Assembly: GCA_002796125.1 (NCBI GenBank)
Contig: PCWA01000109.1
Span: forward strand, 65,347-129,346
Reading direction: 5' to 3'
DNA length: 64,000 bases
Source of the DNA: Candidatus Ghiorseimicrobium undicola
GTDB lineage: Bacteria > Omnitrophota > Gorgyraeia > Ghiorseimicrobiales > Ghiorseimicrobiaceae
Under the pieces are notes generated by a model, which saw only the letters and a list, made by a program, of their open reading frames with translations, was not told the origin of the DNA and ran no database searches. Shown here piece after piece: positions 60,883 to 64,000 of the stretch; position 1 is the stretch's first letter, and each line of letters starts with the position of its first letter. Position numbers and translations under genes: made by a program.

Positions 60883-62418
60883 TTACAATGTCCAGAGGTT
60901 GCGGTCAAGGCAGCGGTAGCTGATTGCCTCAGATATGTGCTCGCTTTTGATTGTTTCTGAGGCGGATAAATCAGCGATAGTGCGCGAAATTTTAAGAATC
61001 TTATGATATGCGCGCGCGCTCAAACCCAGGTTTAAAATAGCCATTTTTAATAGTTCCTTGGCGTCTTCCGTTAATATGCATACTTTTTCGGTCGTAGGCG
61101 CGTTCATGTGCGCGTTATAGCAATATCCAAATTCTTTTAGTTTTTTCTCCTGAATCTGCCGGGCTTTATTTACTCTTTCTCTTATTTCCAAGGACGTTTC
61201 CGCCTTGTTTTTTAAGGCCATCTGTTCATACTTTAGGCGGGGAACCTCTAAGTGAATATCAATTCTATCCAACAGCGGCCCGGAAATCTTAGAAAGATAC
61301 CGCTGTATCTGATGAGGGCTGCAATGGCATTGCCGGGAATCGTCTAAAAAAAACCCGCAGGGACAGGGATTACAGGCAGAAATAAGAATAAAACGCGCCG
61401 GAAAACTTACCGTGGAGGCAATCCTGGAAACCGTAATATAACCTGCCTCTAACGGCTGTCTTAGCGCCTCAAGCACATTGCGCCTGAATTCAGGCAATTC
61501 ATCTAAAAAAAGCACGCCGTTATGGCTTAGACTGATCTCACCAGGTTTAGGATGAGTACCGCCGCCGATTAAGGCCACATCGCTGATAGAATGATGCGGC
61601 GCGCGAAAAGGCCTGTCTGAAATAACAGTCCGGCCGTTTGAAATAAGACCGGCCACGCTATGGATTTTAGTTGTTTCTAAAGCTTCCTGGATAGTCGCCT
61701 GCGGCAGGATACCGGGCATGCACTTAGCCAGCATAGTTTTCCCCGCTCCGGGAGAACCGATAAGCAAAAGATTATGCCCGCCCGCGGCTGCTACCTCTAA
61801 CCCTCTTTTGATATGCTGCTGCCCCTTAACATCAGCAAAATCAAACTCGTAACTTCCCTTGCCCTGCCAGAGGTTTTCCGTATCTACTTTTGTATTCTTA
61901 ATTTCAAGATCATTATTAAGATAAGCTGCGGCTTGACCAAGATTTTCTAACGCCAGGACTTCTATATCACCGACCACGGCTGCCTCTTTAGCATTTTCGG
62001 ACGGGAGTAGTAATTGCCTGTAATATGAGTTTCGCAAAGCCATAGCCCTTGGCAAAACGCCGGTAATCGGTTTTAAGCTTCCATCAAGAGAAAGCTCGCC
62101 ACAAAATACTTTACCGTTTAACGCCTCTTTATTTATCTGTCCGGTAGCAGCCAATACGCCTAAAGCAACCGGCAGGTCAAAACAAGGGCCTTCTTTTTTG
62201 ATATCGGCAGGAGCTAAATTTACCGTAATCTTCCTCCGGGGGAAGCTGAAACCACAGTTCTTAATCGCAGCCTTAACCCTATTAATGCTTTCGCGCACTA
62301 CCGCATCAGGCAGTCCTACGATAGAAAAACCGGGCAGCCCGCCTGACACATCCACCTCTACGGCAACCTTTATCGCCTCTATTCCTAAAACAGTGCTTGA
62401 AATGACTTTGGCCAACAT
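60883..62418 (-). CDS. comM: ComM/YifB-family Mg-chelatase-like AAA+ ATPase
   Basis: IVGLPD, NLAPAD, GSPGAGKTM, PFRAPHH, LDELPEF, NPCPCG, GPLLDRID; start at MLAKV after GGAGGGG. Confidence 0.93.
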   Translation of the reverse strand: MLAKVISSTVLGIEAIKVAVEVDVSGGLPGFSIVGLPDAVVRESINRVKAAIKNCGFSFPRRKITVNLAPADIKKEGPCFDLPVALGVLAATGQINKEALNGKVFCGELSLDGSLKPITGVLPRAMALRNSYYRQLLLPSENAKEAAVVGDIEVLALENLGQAAAYLNNDLEIKNTKVDTENLWQGKGSYEFDFADVKGQQHIKRGLEVAAAGGHNLLLIGSPGAGKTMLAKCMPGILPQATIQEALETTKIHSVAGLISNGRTVISDRPFRAPHHSISDVALIGGGTHPKPGEISLSHNGVLFLDELPEFRRNVLEALRQPLEAGYITVSRIASTVSFPARFILISACNPCPCGFFLDDSRQCHCSPHQIQRYLSKISGPLLDRIDIHLEVPRLKYEQMALKNKAETSLEIRERVNKARQIQEKKLKEFGYCYNAHMNAPTTEKVCILTEDAKELLKMAILNLGLSARAYHKILKISRTIADLSASETIKSEHISEAISYRCLDRNLWTL

Positions 62419-62437
62419 AACACCCCTCCACGAAAAG

Positions 62438-62885
62438 AAAATGTAGAATTTAAAATGCAAAATGCATAATTATAACTTCGAATTTTTGATAATCCTGATC
62501 AATATGCTTATAATTTGCTGACACTCTCCGCTTAAATAAGCAAAACGCTCCGCCTCCCCCTTCATTAATGCGGCATCGCGTATTAAATTTATCCACAGTT
62601 TCGTCTCTCGAGCCTCCTTAAGAGATATATTCATTTTATAAATAAAATCTTGTTTGCTAAAGGCGCTCTGGGCCTCTTCAATATTAGCAGCTATTGATGT
62701 GGCTGACCTCAAAAATTGTTTGCCGAGTTCAAAACCAGCAGTCTCCTTGGGTAAACTCCTCACAATTCTTACAACTTCAAGGGCAAAGTTATAAGTTCTA
62801 TTATCAATATCAACTTTGCATTTTTTATCTTGCATTTTGTATCCTCCCTTCAATTCTACATTCTACATTATGCATTTTACATTCT
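62438..62885. mobile_element. Candidate cassette: four-helix-bundle gene bracketed by inverted heptamer arrays
   Basis: Left units aaaatgt agaattt aaaatgc aaaatgc ataatta; right units gcatttt/acattct (reverse complement). Confidence 0.6.
62470..62835 (-). CDS. Four helix bundle protein (23S rRNA IVS-protein / Avd-like family)
   Basis: RTYNFAL, QFLRSATSIAANIEEA, FIYKMNISLKEARETKLW; start at MQDKK after GGGAGG. Confidence 0.9.
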   Translation of the reverse strand: MQDKKCKVDIDNRTYNFALEVVRIVRSLPKETAGFELGKQFLRSATSIAANIEEAQSAFSKQDFIYKMNISLKEARETKLWINLIRDAALMKGEAERFAYLSGECQQIISILIRIIKNSKL

Positions 62886-63238
62886 TAAAACGCGTCTTTA
62901 ATCAGGGTAATCTGCGGCTTCTCTCCAAATATAATAGATACTACATCAAACCTAAAGATTTCTTCCGAATGCGCGTTCCGCTTGATATAAAATTGGGCCG
63001 CGCGAAATAAATGTTTAATTTTTTCCCGGCTGATTGCCTCTTCCGGCCAGCCAAAATCAGGCGAACTCCTGGCCTTTACTTCAATAAACACCATCTCCCT
63101 TCCCTGGCGGGCGATAATATCTATTTCGCCCACCGGAGAAGAAAAATTCCTGGCAATAATCTTGTATCCTTTTCGGCGTAAAAACCGCAAGGCAAGCTCC
63201 TCGCCTTTTGCGCCCAAGATTTGTTTGTATTTATTCAT
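62885..63238 (-). CDS. YraN/UPF0102-family putative endonuclease
   Basis: LGAKGE, GYKIIARN, GEIDIIA, FIEVKAR, RFDVV. Confidence 0.92.
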   Translation of the reverse strand: MNKYKQILGAKGEELALRFLRRKGYKIIARNFSSPVGEIDIIARQGREMVFIEVKARSSPDFGWPEEAISREKIKHLFRAAQFYIKRNAHSEEIFRFDVVSIIFGEKPQITLIKDAF

Positions 63239-63242
63239 AATT

Positions 63243-63270
63243 TAGTTACTAGTTACGAGTTACGAATCAC
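63243..63270. repeat. Heptamer tandem array (NAGTTAC)4
   Basis: tagttac tagttac gagttac gaatcac fills the spoVG-yraN gap. Confidence 0.7.
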
Positions 63271-63527
63271 TGCTCTTGATATGCCTCCAGAACCGCTTCG
63301 TTAAGCTGGCTCTTGACTTCATCACTTAAAGGAAATATAGTTGGATACCATTGACCGTTCTTCCCTTGTTCAGACGGCATGCTCACAAACAATCCGTTTT
63401 TGCCTTCCACGACACGCAGGCCCTTCACTAAAAATAAATCAGCGATGGCCACATCGGCAAAAGCTTTAAGCTTGCCGTCGCCTTCTAACTTGTGCAGGCG
63501 TTTTACCGCAATAGCTGAACCCGACAT
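63267..63527 (-). CDS. spoVG: SpoVG-family nucleic-acid-binding protein
   Basis: LKAFADV, GLRVVEGKNGLFVSMPS; start at MSGSA after GAGGAGG. Confidence 0.9.
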   Translation of the reverse strand: MSGSAIAVKRLHKLEGDGKLKAFADVAIADLFLVKGLRVVEGKNGLFVSMPSEQGKNGQWYPTIFPLSDEVKSQLNEAVLEAYQEQ

Positions 63528-63542
63528 CTTCTTCACCTCCTC

Positions 63543-63608
63543 AATGGACACATCCGCCGCAGGCGGATAAGTGCGCGTTAATCCCGCTGAGCGTTTAGCA
63601 TGCGGGAT
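63543..63608 (+). repeat. Degenerate module A + miniature module B
   Basis: AAT GG ACAC ATCCGCC GCA GGCGGAT AA GTGC GC GTT, then ATCCCGC...GCGGGAT. Confidence 0.7.
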
Positions 63609-63731
63609 AAATTTTACCTCTACCTCTCATAAGGTAGACACACTTGCGACAAAAATTCTTGCAGAAATTTTGGAAATTTTTAAGGAAAGAAATTTTAGAA
63701 GCTTTAAGATTTAATTCTGGGGGGGTAGCGG

Positions 63732-64000
63732 CTATCTTCTTTGCTCTATTTTATCGCGCAGGCCGCGGATTATTCGCTGGACATCGCCTTGGCCTTTTCC
63801 GCGCCAGGCTTCATAAATCATAATCAAGGTGCGCGTACTGCCGCTATCCAGAATCCATTTTAAGCTGAATACAGCGGCTAAAACCAGAAACTGCAAAAAA
63901 TAGCGGCTAAGCAGAAAAGATAAAACAAAAGATATAAAAGCGAGAATTTGCCATCGGTAATTAAAAACCGTATTTTTCGGCTTCTTTTTATAGATATCTT
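63732..64000 (-). CDS. Hypothetical membrane protein (C-terminal part; starts beyond the window)
   Basis: Open frame ...RWQILAFISFVLSFLLSRYFLQFLVLAAVFSLKWILDSGSTRTLIMIYEAWR...EQRR*. Confidence 0.65.
   Translation of the reverse strand, partial: DIYKKKPKNTVFNYRWQILAFISFVLSFLLSRYFLQFLVLAAVFSLKWILDSGSTRTLIMIYEAWRGKGQGDVQRIIRGLRDKIEQRR

Noticed and set aside
62470-62835. Diversity-generating retroelement around the Avd-like gene
   Set aside because: No reverse transcriptase and no TR/VR pair differing at adenines is visible in the window.
63610-63715. Hairpins upstream of spoVG (TCTACC..GGTAGA; AAAATT-CTTGCAGA-AATTTT) as a repeat module or alternative-sigma promoter
   Set aside because: Only a 9-nt match (ACACTTGCG) to the 23056 stem and no consensus I can support.

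Overview
An AT-rich bacterial core-genome segment with almost all genes on the minus strand; gene order and protein style suggest a PVC-group organism such as Ca. Omnitrophota (inference only). Contents: the rpoC(partial)-rpoB-rplL/J/A/K-nusG-secE-tRNA-Trp-rpmG-tRNA-Thr cluster, c-di-GMP signalling genes, rsmA-pdxA-surA-mfd-secDF-yajC-rpsP, trpE and his genes, alaS-recX-degP-recA, smc, an acyl-CoA dehydrogenase/ETF operon, glgC, a peptide ABC transporter, secG-tpiA-pgk, mscS-hflC-hflK, carAB, comM, a four-helix-bundle gene, yraN and spoVG. No transposase, integrase, reverse transcriptase or CRISPR array is visible. The notable signals are four. (1) A four-helix-bundle (Avd/IVS-type) gene is bracketed by inverted 7-nt-period arrays; gene-less inverted heptamer arrays occur elsewhere and heptamer arrays are translated in frame inside hisI, hisF and hisH. 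(2) A modular palindrome family (AAT-GA-stem...stem-GA-ATT plus a partner module) occurs at nine gene junctions, with C-GNA-G triloops and tandem GA mismatches, often abutting start codons. (3) Two further MITE-like families are present. (4) Two proteins have reduced architectures: an SMC with only a ~50-aa apex in place of the canonical hinge, and a 632-aa Mfd lacking D1/D3/D7.
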